IMG/VR virus record: IMGVR_UViG_3300008453_000627
DNA from: a virus
Strand: one strand, 5' to 3'
DNA length: 64,000 nucleotides
Position 1 is the stretch's first letter. Each line of letters starts with the position of its first letter. Position numbers and translations under genes: made by a program. Shown piece after piece: positions 27,468 through 36,638 of the stretch. The notes below the pieces were generated by a model. It ran no database searches and was not told the origin of the DNA. It worked only from the letters and a program-made list of their open reading frames with translations.

Positions 27468-27914
27468 TTAACCAAAACTGAACATTCCGTTGCCAAATGT
27501 TTCCACTTCTTTAAATGTATAATCATATGTTAATGCATTATGTTGTACAATGTTTTTTTCAACAATTGGCCTAAGATGCTCTTGTCCGCACAACAATCTT
27601 TCACGGCATAGATCCACGTTATCCTGCATCATATCAACACCAAAGATGGAGCTCAGGGCTTGCTCAAATGTTGAACCATTTTCAATCTTTCTAATCAATA
27701 CTTCGCTAAGAAACTGTCCGTCACCGCAACTGTTATCTATAAAAGATTTATTTGGATCTGTAAACACTTCTTGCGGGAACTCGTCCAATATAACCATAAC
27801 CAATTTAGTAGGAGTAAACACTTCTTGAGTAGCTTTCACTCGAAGTTTGTTACGATCTACTCCGCTCATATACTCACGGTTACGACAGTGTGCAATTACT
27901 TGTTCTAAAGTCAT
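27468..27914 (-). CDS. MTase-like protein carrying only the AdoMet-binding half (motifs X, I, II; no catalytic motif IV)
   Basis: EVFTPTKLV (motif X FxTP) … DNSCGDGQFL (motif I) … IFGVDMMQDNVDL (motif II-like); ends before any (D/N)PPY; ATGA-coupled to the upstream MTase gene. Confidence 0.55.
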   Translation of the reverse strand: MTLEQVIAHCRNREYMSGVDRNKLRVKATQEVFTPTKLVMVILDEFPQEVFTDPNKSFIDNSCGDGQFLSEVLIRKIENGSTFEQALSSIFGVDMMQDNVDLCRERLLCGQEHLRPIVEKNIVQHNALTYDYTFKEVETFGNGMFSFG

Positions 27915-29002
27915 TTGAATGAGTCCTCAATTGTTTTGATTTGTTTCTTTGTCAAGTTAAAGATTTTGTAAAGATCCTGATCTGTAAAAGTCTTGTCAAT
28001 AACAATCTTTGGAACCCAAGTAATTTGCGGATTGTCAAGAGTTGTGCTAGTTCTAGTTCTCTGTAAAATCCAAGAGACTAGTTTACTATGCCAAAAGCTT
28101 TTATACCAAATTAGTGCTTGCTCTGCTTCTGCTTGTGTAGCAAACTCAGCAAAGACTCTATAACCTGTTTGACTTTTATAGTTAGGCTCCATAACTTTGA
28201 GTTGATTCAAAGGAATGATTTCAAAGTTTTCTTTACGATACGAAGTCATAATTCGCCAAGCATTTGTATTGCCTTTGCCGCCTCCGTGAGTTTTCCAAGG
28301 AGTAGTTGGCTTGAGCTTGTGCAGAATACTCAACTCGTCAGGATTGACAGTATACAAAATTGTTTTGTCAAAATCTAAAATATCAGTTTTATAGCCTGTG
28401 TCGCTGTCAATTAGTTCAATTTTACCGACATGACCTTTTCTACAAAAAACTGTGCAGGTTTTAACTTTGGCAGTTTCAAATGTATCATAGGGATTAATTA
28501 CAATTTTGTAAACACCTAGTTTCTTTAAACTGGCTCGCACACTCTTACCTAACTTGTTGTCAGGTTGTGTAAACCAATTTGCTTGAATAACAAAGAATGT
28601 AAATTCGGGAGGATTCGTTGCAAACTGCTCTAAGAATAATTGATAGATTGGATTTCGGCCGGCTGACCCATCATTGTAAGGAGGGTTACCAACTGCAATG
28701 TTTACATTCATAGTAAGTTGATCTGCCAAGGCTTGTACTTGATACTTGCCTTTTAATTTTCTTTTATTTATTGCATAATCTACTGCTATAGAATCTTCTT
28801 CAAATCCTCTTACTCGTTTGGCAATGTCTTTGTCCTTCACACCAAGTTTAGACATACGTTGTTCAATTGCACTGACAATTTGACCTCCAGCAATAGCAGG
28901 ATCATGAATAGTAACTGTTGGATCTATTAGCATGTTAACTGGAATCTCATTGGTTATTAGTTCTGTAATAAAGTGCATACCAAACTTCAATCGATCTCTC
29001 AT
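27911..29002 (-). CDS. N6-adenine (amino) DNA methyltransferase, gamma-class TaqI-like, with degenerate AdoMet-binding motif
   Basis: NIAVGNPPYNDGSAGRNPIYQLFLEQF (motif IV NPPY plus downstream block similar to M.TaqI GNPPYGIVGEASKYPIHVF); N-terminal IHDPAIAGGQIV looks like a decayed motif I. Confidence 0.65.
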   Translation of the reverse strand: MRDRLKFGMHFITELITNEIPVNMLIDPTVTIHDPAIAGGQIVSAIEQRMSKLGVKDKDIAKRVRGFEEDSIAVDYAINKRKLKGKYQVQALADQLTMNVNIAVGNPPYNDGSAGRNPIYQLFLEQFATNPPEFTFFVIQANWFTQPDNKLGKSVRASLKKLGVYKIVINPYDTFETAKVKTCTVFCRKGHVGKIELIDSDTGYKTDILDFDKTILYTVNPDELSILHKLKPTTPWKTHGGGKGNTNAWRIMTSYRKENFEIIPLNQLKVMEPNYKSQTGYRVFAEFATQAEAEQALIWYKSFWHSKLVSWILQRTRTSTTLDNPQITWVPKIVIDKTFTDQDLYKIFNLTKKQIKTIEDSFK

Positions 29003-31236
29003 GACTTGTCTTTCTCTAAGAGACGTACCATATTTGTGTTGATAATGTTGCGCTCAAAAAGATCATTGATAATCTCAAAGTCAATTCCAAAGTGCTTTCT
29101 CACTTCTTGTTGTTTGATTTTGTCTTTGCTGATCTTCTCAATTGCTTCTTGTATTGTAACAGAATTCGAGCCGTATGTCAAGATGTCAAGATTCTCAACC
29201 AAAGTGGTAATCATCTTTTTGGCTTCGGCTAGCGTTTTGATAGGTGCAGTTGCCTTTGATGTTGATCCATTAGAGGAAGCTTGTCCATTTCTAGTTTTAC
29301 CAACTGCGGCCGCGGCTGTTTTGGCAGCTTTGTAGACATCAGCATTGCCAGCAGCCAGTGCTTGGATTTCGGCTGCTGTCAATTTGGATAGGTCACTGAT
29401 CTTACCAATTACACGACTTAACCGTCCGTTTTCGATTAGTTGTTCAAGATACTCATCTCTAAAGATTTTGACAGAGCCATCCGCAGTGCATCGGAAGATG
29501 TCCAAAGTTTTAAGAACTTCTGCAAGAGCTTGCCTAATATCTTTGTCATGTCGCTTTTGATAGTTCTCAGCTGTGATTAATACTAGGTCGTCAAACTTGT
29601 CATCCCTGTTAGGGTCAAAGCTAAGACTAACAATGCGTCCAATTTTGCTTTCGGTATGCGGAGTAAGTGCTCTGCTGATCTTTTGGATAGTAGCTCCTGC
29701 ATCACCTGCATCATAAGCCAAATACAATTCTGTAATCTCTCCAACTGAGAAACTACGTTGTGCCATACCTGCACTTAGAATAAGAACATTTTGATTGTTG
29801 CGTTTGGCTTTATCAATTTCTTCTTTGACTTTAGATTCTGCTGTACGATTTTCCATTTCATCGCCAGACACTGTGACAATGCTGTAACCTTTTAGCGCAT
29901 CTTTAGCCATTTTACTAACTGTAGCAAGATCACCGTTGGCAATGCCCATGCTTCCAGGAAGGAACATCATAGCAACACGTTGATCAGGTACTTCATTAGT
30001 CTGTAGATCAATATTCAAATTGTCTAGTCCGTGCTTCCCTTCAAAGACTGACTGTAAGATGTTAACCCAAAGACCTTTAGCTTTAATAGGCTTGGCTGCA
30101 AATTTACTCCAGCTGGCCAGCTCTTCTCTGTTGAGGTTTGGATTTTGTTCTAGTGTTAGATCAACAGCGGATTTCAAATCCATCTGATACAATTCAATAT
30201 CAACAACTAAGTTATGTCGCTTAGGGTCTACTTTAAAATGCTTTAGTCTAGTAGCAGTGTCTTTGCTTTTAAGTTTCTTTTCAATAACTAGTTCTGGATA
30301 CGTTACGCTCAAGAAGTGATCAGGCACCCAAGTGCTGACTGCCTTGTCACTGTTAGTGCCAGTCATAAGAAACAGTACATCGTCCAGATCTATTGCATTT
30401 TGCAAAGGCAATACTTGTCCTTGTTGATGAACTCCATAGTCTGCTTCATCAACAATGATCAATCGTTGTTGTGTCTGTGCAAACAAAAAGTCGATCTTTT
30501 CCTGGCGGCGGCCGCCGGCACACATACTTAAAAAGGCAACCACTTGTTTGTTTTGAGCAAGTGCCGAAGACACTACTTCTTGATAGTCTGGATCAGCAGT
30601 ATCGATAAGCACGTAGTCTTTAAACTGTTCAAATCCACTTAGGTCTTTTTCAAAGCTTGTAAAGCTAGTTAGCACATAGCTGACAACCACTGTGAGTTTG
30701 ATTTCAGTTTCTTTGATCAAGACCCCTGAAAAGATTGTCTTTCCAAAACGAGCGCACAGTTCAGCTAAGAATATGCGGTCTCCCAATTTAATTTTATCTA
30801 AGGTCTCTTCAGCTGCCGATGCTTGATTCCGTGTCAAGCCAACAAGAGGCAAAGGTTGATCAGACTTCTTTAGAAAACTGTCAACTCGTAGCTTAACTTC
30901 ACTAGCCGACAGTTCATGGATTTCTCCAGTGCTGCCTTTTCTAAAACCAATGTATGGTCTAATATAGTCATCCATACGACTACGTTGGTAATATCGATTT
31001 ACCTTCTTAGCTAGTTCTGTTACATCCCAAATAGTTACTAATTGGATAGTACCGTCTGAGATCAAATCTTTCCTAACGCCTAAAGAACTTTTAATGCGTT
31101 TCCAAACTTCTTTCTCAGGATCTTGGTCGCTAAAGACCCAACGCTCTCCAAACTTGCACTCGTCAGGCTTGTCTTTTTCATACCAAAGGTAGCAGTACAT
31201 GCGATCCATTTTATTCTCCTGACTCTTCTTGTTCAA
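28999..31236 (-). CDS. SF2 helicase-like ATPase (Walker A LCARFGKT, DEAD box IIVDEADYG) with an uncharacterised ~150-aa N-terminal domain
   Basis: 745 aa; motif I AELCARFGKT, motif II VDEAD, TGT motif III-like; N-terminal YCYLWYEKDK…DDYIRPYIGF…GEIHELSASEVK could be a nuclease-type domain. Confidence 0.55.
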   Translation of the reverse strand: MNKKSQENKMDRMYCYLWYEKDKPDECKFGERWVFSDQDPEKEVWKRIKSSLGVRKDLISDGTIQLVTIWDVTELAKKVNRYYQRSRMDDYIRPYIGFRKGSTGEIHELSASEVKLRVDSFLKKSDQPLPLVGLTRNQASAAEETLDKIKLGDRIFLAELCARFGKTIFSGVLIKETEIKLTVVVSYVLTSFTSFEKDLSGFEQFKDYVLIDTADPDYQEVVSSALAQNKQVVAFLSMCAGGRRQEKIDFLFAQTQQRLIIVDEADYGVHQQGQVLPLQNAIDLDDVLFLMTGTNSDKAVSTWVPDHFLSVTYPELVIEKKLKSKDTATRLKHFKVDPKRHNLVVDIELYQMDLKSAVDLTLEQNPNLNREELASWSKFAAKPIKAKGLWVNILQSVFEGKHGLDNLNIDLQTNEVPDQRVAMMFLPGSMGIANGDLATVSKMAKDALKGYSIVTVSGDEMENRTAESKVKEEIDKAKRNNQNVLILSAGMAQRSFSVGEITELYLAYDAGDAGATIQKISRALTPHTESKIGRIVSLSFDPNRDDKFDDLVLITAENYQKRHDKDIRQALAEVLKTLDIFRCTADGSVKIFRDEYLEQLIENGRLSRVIGKISDLSKLTAAEIQALAAGNADVYKAAKTAAAAVGKTRNGQASSNGSTSKATAPIKTLAEAKKMITTLVENLDILTYGSNSVTIQEAIEKISKDKIKQQEVRKHFGIDFEIINDLFERNIINTNMVRLLEKDKS

Positions 31237-31424
31237 GTTTAAAGCATTCAGCTTCAGTTATTGTGTCAAAAGGATCCGATTGATAAGCACAATTTCCAAA
31301 CGGATCATTGAAGTAAACGTAATACTTGCCGTTGTCTTCTCGAATTTTAAGCTCATCCATACAGTGTCCTTTTCTGTGTATATGCTATTATACAAGAAAA
31401 AACAATATATGTCAAGTATTGATG

Positions 31425-32189
31425 TTAGAAACCCAAATGCACTTTTTCGTTTATGTTTGGATCAAAATCTTTAACAATACGTTTTATTATATCGTATTGT
31501 TCTCCAGGATTTTGTTTTTGATTTAAGTTTTGGGCGATCTTATCGTTGAGCCCTAGCAACCTCTGCTCCATATCGCCTAGTTCAAAGCCAAACTTAGATT
31601 TAAGATCGGAGTTGAATAAATGCAGATGTGCTTTAATATCTCCATGTCCATCATGACATGTATGATTAAAGTTTGTGTTGACGTTAAATGGAAATTTTCC
31701 AATTACTGGAAGATTGTTCCTGTAAAGGTTTTCAAATTCTGGTAGTTGGTCTGATGCTTCATAACCAAAGTCTGGACTAGCTTGGTAGTCATAGAATGTA
31801 AACTGATAACCAATATTAAACATTCTATTAGCTGATATAATAGCTGTAGAATTTTTAACAATGTCGTTATTCCAGTGCCAGTGTTTGTTAATAAAAGATT
31901 TATCGAATCTAGGATTATTAAAAACACTGCCTCCATCGCCCCATGCTGTAGTGAATCTATCTTCTCTAGTCCAAGTGCTCCATTGCACTAGAATCAAATC
32001 TCGATCCGTAAATTTGTTCTTTAAATCGCACTCTAGCATTTTGTGCATTATAGCAACATTGCCAATGCCTTCTTTGCCCCAGTTGTAAACAGGAGGAGCA
32101 TTCTTACAGTAACCTACTATGTCAGCCCATGTAGGCCATTTGTATTTTGTAAAACTGCAACCAAAAATAAAGATTCTATCGTAATTCAT
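31425..32189 (-). CDS. SGNH/GDSL-like hydrolase paralogue (GCS variant)
   Basis: N-terminal IFIFGCSFTKYKWPTWADIVGY resembles GDSL block I with Cys replacing Asp; paralogous to 50493..51398. Confidence 0.45.
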   Translation of the reverse strand: MNYDRIFIFGCSFTKYKWPTWADIVGYCKNAPPVYNWGKEGIGNVAIMHKMLECDLKNKFTDRDLILVQWSTWTREDRFTTAWGDGGSVFNNPRFDKSFINKHWHWNNDIVKNSTAIISANRMFNIGYQFTFYDYQASPDFGYEASDQLPEFENLYRNNLPVIGKFPFNVNTNFNHTCHDGHGDIKAHLHLFNSDLKSKFGFELGDMEQRLLGLNDKIAQNLNQKQNPGEQYDIIKRIVKDFDPNINEKVHLGF

Positions 32190-32239
32190 AAAAATATTTA
32201 TTTAGGTCAAAAGAAAGCCCGGACTAATCCGGGCTTTGT

Positions 32240-33346
32240 TCAAAATGCATCGTAGTAGTGAAAAGTCTTTTCTTTGACTCGATCAAGTACCACACGATCA
32301 CCATCGGCATTGACAAATACAAACTTACCAGCTTGCGGATCAATTTGTTTTAGATCCTCTTGAGTAAACCTTGCACCTTCCCAATTCCAGTCTGCTTCAA
32401 ACGGATCGTCTGCATCAGTAACAGTGTTGTTAGACTTTACATCTTCATAGACTTTATAGTCAATGTTGATGCGATTGGTCAGAGGGTTACCTACCCAAAC
32501 ATCCGATTCAATCAAGTCATTTGGAATATCCAATCCTTTGACTTGCAGTCCAACCTTGTATCTGCTTTCGCCGCTGAACTCCGGCTTGGCATTCAGCATA
32601 CGCATTGCTTGGCTAGCAGTTTCATTGTATCGATTCATTTCTTCAACCAATGCTTTCAGCATGTCAAAGTTGAACTGATCAAACATAGCAGCCACACGGC
32701 ATACGCTTTCAGTTTGAGAAAGGTTCTTCAAATTGTCTTGGCAGTATTCAATAATGAAATCCTGCTCCAAACCTTTGAAGTCCAACGAGTAGAAGATACG
32801 ACCAGGACGGTTACGCATATGGCTATCAATGCGCCACTTGTCATTACAGGTCAGAATAAACAATTTCTTGCTTGGGTAGACACCGTCCAACAGCGTCAGC
32901 ATCTTTTCCTGATCATCCTTGTCATAGACTTTTTCGAATTCGTCAAACAAGATCACAGTAGGTTGTTCAATCATCTGCATGAAAGCATTGAAGCCTTCAC
33001 CGCACCATGGCTCGTTGATAACGATAGTTGGCACTCCTGCATCGGCAGCTCTGACTGCCAGCATCTTAGCCAACAGAGTCTTGCCAGAACCTTTTTCACC
33101 TGTAAGCAGTACACCAGTAGATGCAGTGCGGTCATTGAATGTGTTGAGGATACGGTCAGTGTTGCGAACTGTGTCACCGTAGATTTTGCCTCGCACTTCA
33201 AAATTTTCAATTGCTTCCAAATAGAAGCAACCTGCCATCTTGTCGAACTTGACAGTGTAAGTTCCTGCTGGCAAGGATTCGTGTAGGTCCATAGCCTCTT
33301 TGGTAGAGACGTTGAATCGTGTGCCAGATTTCAAAAAGTAAGTCAT
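32240..33346 (-). CDS. AAA+ ATPase with C-terminal extension
   Basis: Walker A GEKGSGKT, Walker B ILFDEFE, NRPGR sensor/Arg-finger region. Confidence 0.7.
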   Translation of the reverse strand: MTYFLKSGTRFNVSTKEAMDLHESLPAGTYTVKFDKMAGCFYLEAIENFEVRGKIYGDTVRNTDRILNTFNDRTASTGVLLTGEKGSGKTLLAKMLAVRAADAGVPTIVINEPWCGEGFNAFMQMIEQPTVILFDEFEKVYDKDDQEKMLTLLDGVYPSKKLFILTCNDKWRIDSHMRNRPGRIFYSLDFKGLEQDFIIEYCQDNLKNLSQTESVCRVAAMFDQFNFDMLKALVEEMNRYNETASQAMRMLNAKPEFSGESRYKVGLQVKGLDIPNDLIESDVWVGNPLTNRINIDYKVYEDVKSNNTVTDADDPFEADWNWEGARFTQEDLKQIDPQAGKFVFVNADGDRVVLDRVKEKTFHYYDAF

Positions 33347-33857
33347 TTAACTAAGCCTAAATGTTTGTTGCTATGCGAGTATTATACAATAAAAACAAGG
33401 GCCTGTATAGACCCTTGTTACATCTTATTTGCGAGAGTTAGCTCGAACTTCATCAAAGGTTATTTCTTTGACAAGTTTACCATCGCAGTAGACAGTTTCC
33501 AACATGTTGGTGTAAGGACCAAAGCCACGATCACTCCAACCTTTTGGTTGATCAACTGCACTGACCCATTCGCCTCCACTCTTCCAAAGAGTAACGCAAC
33601 CTGCTTTGGATTTCTTACCTGGGTCGGTAATAGGATCCTTTTGATATTTTATTTACACAAAAAAGCCCAGGGCTTAACCATGGGCTTCTCTGTATTTTAC
33701 TAATGCTAATTGCCTAGCTAAAAATAGTTTCCAACGAATATGTTCGGGCAGTTCTTCATCGTTATCAACGATTTTACTATCCTGAACTAATTCTGGACGG
33801 CGATATGAAACGTGAAGGGCTAATTCTTCACAGAAACAATCTTCGCCGTCTTCAAGA

Positions 33858-34100
33858 TCACTTCTTAGCTGGAGCTGCGTCAGCAGGCTTTTTGTCGTCC
33901 TTTTTAGCGGGAGCGGCTTTGGCTTCGCTTTTAGTGTCTGCTTTGGCAGCAGGTGCGCTGGGTGCAGGAGTACTAGCAGCTGGAGCCGGTGCAGTAACAG
34001 CAGGCTTAGCTTCCACTTTCTTTTCTTCTTTCTTAGCTGGTGCTTGAGCAAAAGCAGTAGCGGCAAACATAGTAGCGATTAAAGTTGCGATCAATTTCAT
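33858..34100 (-). CDS. secreted Ala/Lys/Pro-rich low-complexity protein
   Basis: signal peptide MKLIATLIATMFAATAFA then AP/AKK repeats; the overlapping 130-aa ORF 33674..34066 is mostly the alternate frame of this low-complexity DNA. Confidence 0.5.
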   Translation of the reverse strand: MKLIATLIATMFAATAFAQAPAKKEEKKVEAKPAVTAPAPAASTPAPSAPAAKADTKSEAKAAPAKKDDKKPADAAPAKK

Positions 34101-34183
34101 GATAAGTTTCCTTTTTGGTTAATGTAGAAATTTATATCCTACATATATATAACGCGGTAGCCCCTTTAATCGTTTACACAATA

Positions 34184-35188
34184 TTATTTAATTTGTGTCC
34201 AAACACGTTCACGTATTTGCTTTGTTAGTGCATCCGGTAATGGAACATAGTCTAAATCTATGGCATCCTTTTTACCATTCTTAAATGCCCAATCAAAGAA
34301 CTTTAATACTTCATCGCTAGTGGCTTTGTTTTTTGGCTCTTTGTACATAATGATAAAACTTGCTGAACTGACAGGCCAGGCATTAGGATTCTTTTGATCC
34401 ACAATACTCAATCCCATACCCGGAATACTGAACCAATCAGCACCATCGGCTGCGGCAGCAAATGTTAAATCATCTGGACTTACATACTTGCCTGCTTTGT
34501 TTTGTAGCTGTAGAAACACCATGTTGTTCTTTTTAACATAGGCATACTCTACATAGCCAATTGATCCTTTGATACGGTTCACGTTGGCTGCAACACCCTC
34601 ATTGCCCTTGCCACCTACTGAATTGGCAGCTGGCCATTTGACTGCGGCACCGCGACCCACACGGGCCAACCATTCAGGGCTTACTGTGCTTAGATAGTCT
34701 GTCCAGTTGAATGTAGTGCCACTTCCATCAGCACGATGCACAATGGTGATTTCAGTGTTGGGCAAGGCCTTGCCCGGGTTTAATGCTGTTAATTTTGGGT
34801 CATTCCAACGGGAAATCGTGCCCATAAACACTTCAGCCATTACAGGCCCTGTGATGCGTAGTTCTCCGGGCTTGATGCCGTCTAGATTGATCACGGGCAC
34901 TGTGCCGCCTATGATTGCGGGGAACTGCACTTGGCCTTGCTTATCTAAGTTCTCGCCACTTACGGGTGCATCTGTAGCGCCAAAGTCCACTGTGCGAGCA
35001 TTGATTTGACGTATGCCGCCCGATGATCCAATTGATTGATAGTTTAGTGTTCGGCCAGTAGCGTTCTTGTATCCTTCGGCCCATTTAGAATAAACGGGGA
35101 ATGGAAAGGTAGCACCCGCACCCACCATGTCCGTAGCACCAGCTGTGATGGCCACAGAGGCCAGTAACATTGACAGTAATCGTTTCAT
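34184..35188 (-). CDS. pstS: phosphate ABC transporter substrate-binding protein PstS
   Basis: signal peptide; GAGATFPFPVYSKWAEGYKNATG…LNYQSIGSSGGIRQI…DFGATDAP matches the PstS phosphate-binding signature. Confidence 0.85.
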   Translation of the reverse strand: MKRLLSMLLASVAITAGATDMVGAGATFPFPVYSKWAEGYKNATGRTLNYQSIGSSGGIRQINARTVDFGATDAPVSGENLDKQGQVQFPAIIGGTVPVINLDGIKPGELRITGPVMAEVFMGTISRWNDPKLTALNPGKALPNTEITIVHRADGSGTTFNWTDYLSTVSPEWLARVGRGAAVKWPAANSVGGKGNEGVAANVNRIKGSIGYVEYAYVKKNNMVFLQLQNKAGKYVSPDDLTFAAAADGADWFSIPGMGLSIVDQKNPNAWPVSSASFIIMYKEPKNKATSDEVLKFFDWAFKNGKKDAIDLDYVPLPDALTKQIRERVWTQIK

Positions 35189-35281
35189 GTAAGTCTCCTT
35201 GTGTGTTTGTTCTTACACAATATTTAAACTCAATATGATTACAGTTGTGTTACAAACAGTGCGTTTTGGCTCTTTTGAGCA

Positions 35282-35620
35282 TCACAGTATGTGCTTACAG
35301 CTCTTTCTAAACTGAAAACCAGTACAGGTACAGCTGGGTCTAGCGCCCATAGTAACAGTATAAATCTCACCCTTTGAACCCTTGACGGTCTTAGTTTGAT
35401 TGGTGTCAGTGTGCGTGTATGCTTGCCCATTGATTGAAATGATCCATGCACGAGGTATGACCCGCACGGGCCAGTCTGCAATGCCCGTGCTGAGTGCAAT
35501 AGCGTCCTCGCCAACATGCTTTAAATGCACAACCTCGCCCTGATATTCAACAGTTTCGGGAACGGCAAACTGCCATAACTCTTTACGTGCCCATTGGGGA
35601 TTACGAACAACAACCTGCAT
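35282..35620 (-). CDS. SWIM zinc-finger protein
   Basis: C-terminal SCTCTGFQFRKSCKHIL (CxC…CxH SWIM motif); start placed at MQVVVRN (35620) downstream of a promoter; ORF track extends to 35722. Confidence 0.5.
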   Translation of the reverse strand: MQVVVRNPQWARKELWQFAVPETVEYQGEVVHLKHVGEDAIALSTGIADWPVRVIPRAWIISINGQAYTHTDTNQTKTVKGSKGEIYTVTMGARPSCTCTGFQFRKSCKHIL

Positions 35621-35654
35621 AAGAGATCCTCTGTAATAACAATAACGATAGCCT

Positions 35655-35683
35655 ATTATAGCAGAGAATAAACTGTGTGTCAA
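35655..35683 (-). promoter_or_regulatory. sigma70-like promoter (TTGACA-N17-TATAAT) for the SWIM gene
   Basis: minus strand ttgacacacagtttattctctgctataat then GAGGA SD and ATG. Confidence 0.45.
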
Positions 35684-35866
35684 CCTATAAATATCTGTAT
35701 GCAATTGAGCAAACAACAACAAGAAACTTATAACGATCTAATGACGATATTAAAAACACAGGGCAAGCCCTATTTGTTTGGTTGGTTGTTGGGCGTAATT
35801 ATAAGTTTATCAACACACGATCCAAACTTACGCAGACGGATCAAAAAGAAAGCAACAGAACAGTAA

Positions 35867-36168
35867 AGGCCCCGCTGCGCTATACTATATGATCTTGCTC
35901 AGGTATTCTACGTAGTGTAGGATCAATCATCAAAGCCCAAAACTCCATTGACTCGTGTATATAGAACCTAATGACTCCTGGAACAGCAGAAGAGCTCATC
36001 CAACCTAAAGGAGCAACAGCAGTCCATAACTGCTCTTGTGTAATAGAGTCAGCAGTAGATTCATAACAGCGTATATACATGCACGTATATATCAATTTTG
36101 GCTGTGTTAACGTATAGGCCCCGCTGTGCTCTAGTGTATATACTGGTATAGCTAAAGGCCCCGCTGCG
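35867..36168. repeat. 3 x AGGCCCCGCTG(C/T)G direct repeats each followed by TATA-rich sequence
   Basis: copies at 35867-35879, 36116-36128, 36156-36168. Confidence 0.5.
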
Positions 36169-36234
36169 GATATGTATACGTGTATTGACTGTATATAGAT
36201 AGATGCGCTAGGGTGAGGCACAGTAAAGAGGCTG

Positions 36235-36339
36235 TGTGGATAACCCCTGAGAGGCCTGTGGATAACTGTAGAATAATTGTCGAGGCCTGTGTAAAGACTG
36301 TTGATAACTGTAGAAAAACTGTGTATAGACTGTGGATAA
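36235..36339. promoter_or_regulatory. cluster of DnaA-box-like 9-mers (TGTGGATAA = complement of TTATCCACA), putative replication origin element
   Basis: TGTGGATAA at 36235-36243, 36257-36265, 36331-36339 and TGTTGATAA at 36299-36307, all same orientation within 105 bp of non-coding DNA. Confidence 0.5.
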
Positions 36340-36502
36340 CTTTGAAAATTATTGATTTTTATTCAGAGTATTTTAACTATGCCTGTCTGCCCCTCACTGT
36401 AAAAAAAATTTTCTACTGTATAGCGGCCGCAGACCTGCCTGAAAATGGCGCATAATCCTGATTCTGTTGCACTTTTTTGCACTTTATCACACTGTGACCT
36501 TA

Positions 36503-36616
36503 CTGTATATACTGTGTGACTCTACTGGTCTGATATATACTGTATATACACTGTGTACGTCTTAGCTCTATACACTAGCAGTACGGTGTCAGAGTGTGTT
36601 AGACTCTTGTATATAC
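36503..36616. repeat. 3 x (c)TGTATATAC(A)CTG iteron-like direct repeats
   Basis: copies starting 36503, 36540, 36608; more TGTATATAC-like palindromes at 36136-36200. Confidence 0.45.
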
Positions 36617-36638
36617 ACTGCACTACCGGGAGATCACT

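Noticed and set aside
32360-33286. 308-aa + strand ORF antisense to the AAA+ ATPase gene
   Set aside because: It is antisense to a CDS with clear Walker motifs. No independent support.
33365-33703. 112-aa + strand ORF between the AAA+ gene and the terminator
   Set aside because: It is antisense or intergenic with no SD. The minus-strand reading of the same DNA has a protein-like open frame but no start codon. Only the terminator hairpin was kept.
35189-35240. Possible Pho box upstream of pstS
   Set aside because: CTGTTTG…CTGTAAT direct repeats are 15 bp apart rather than the 11-bp periodicity of enterobacterial Pho boxes. No convincing match.
35880-36455. ORFs 35880..36221 (-) and 36213..36455 (+, GTG start)
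   Set aside because: Both lie wholly in the repeat and DnaA-box region. The + ORF reading is literally made of the TGTGGATAA repeats (…VWITPERPVDNCRIIVEACVKTVDNC…). They are treated as non-coding.
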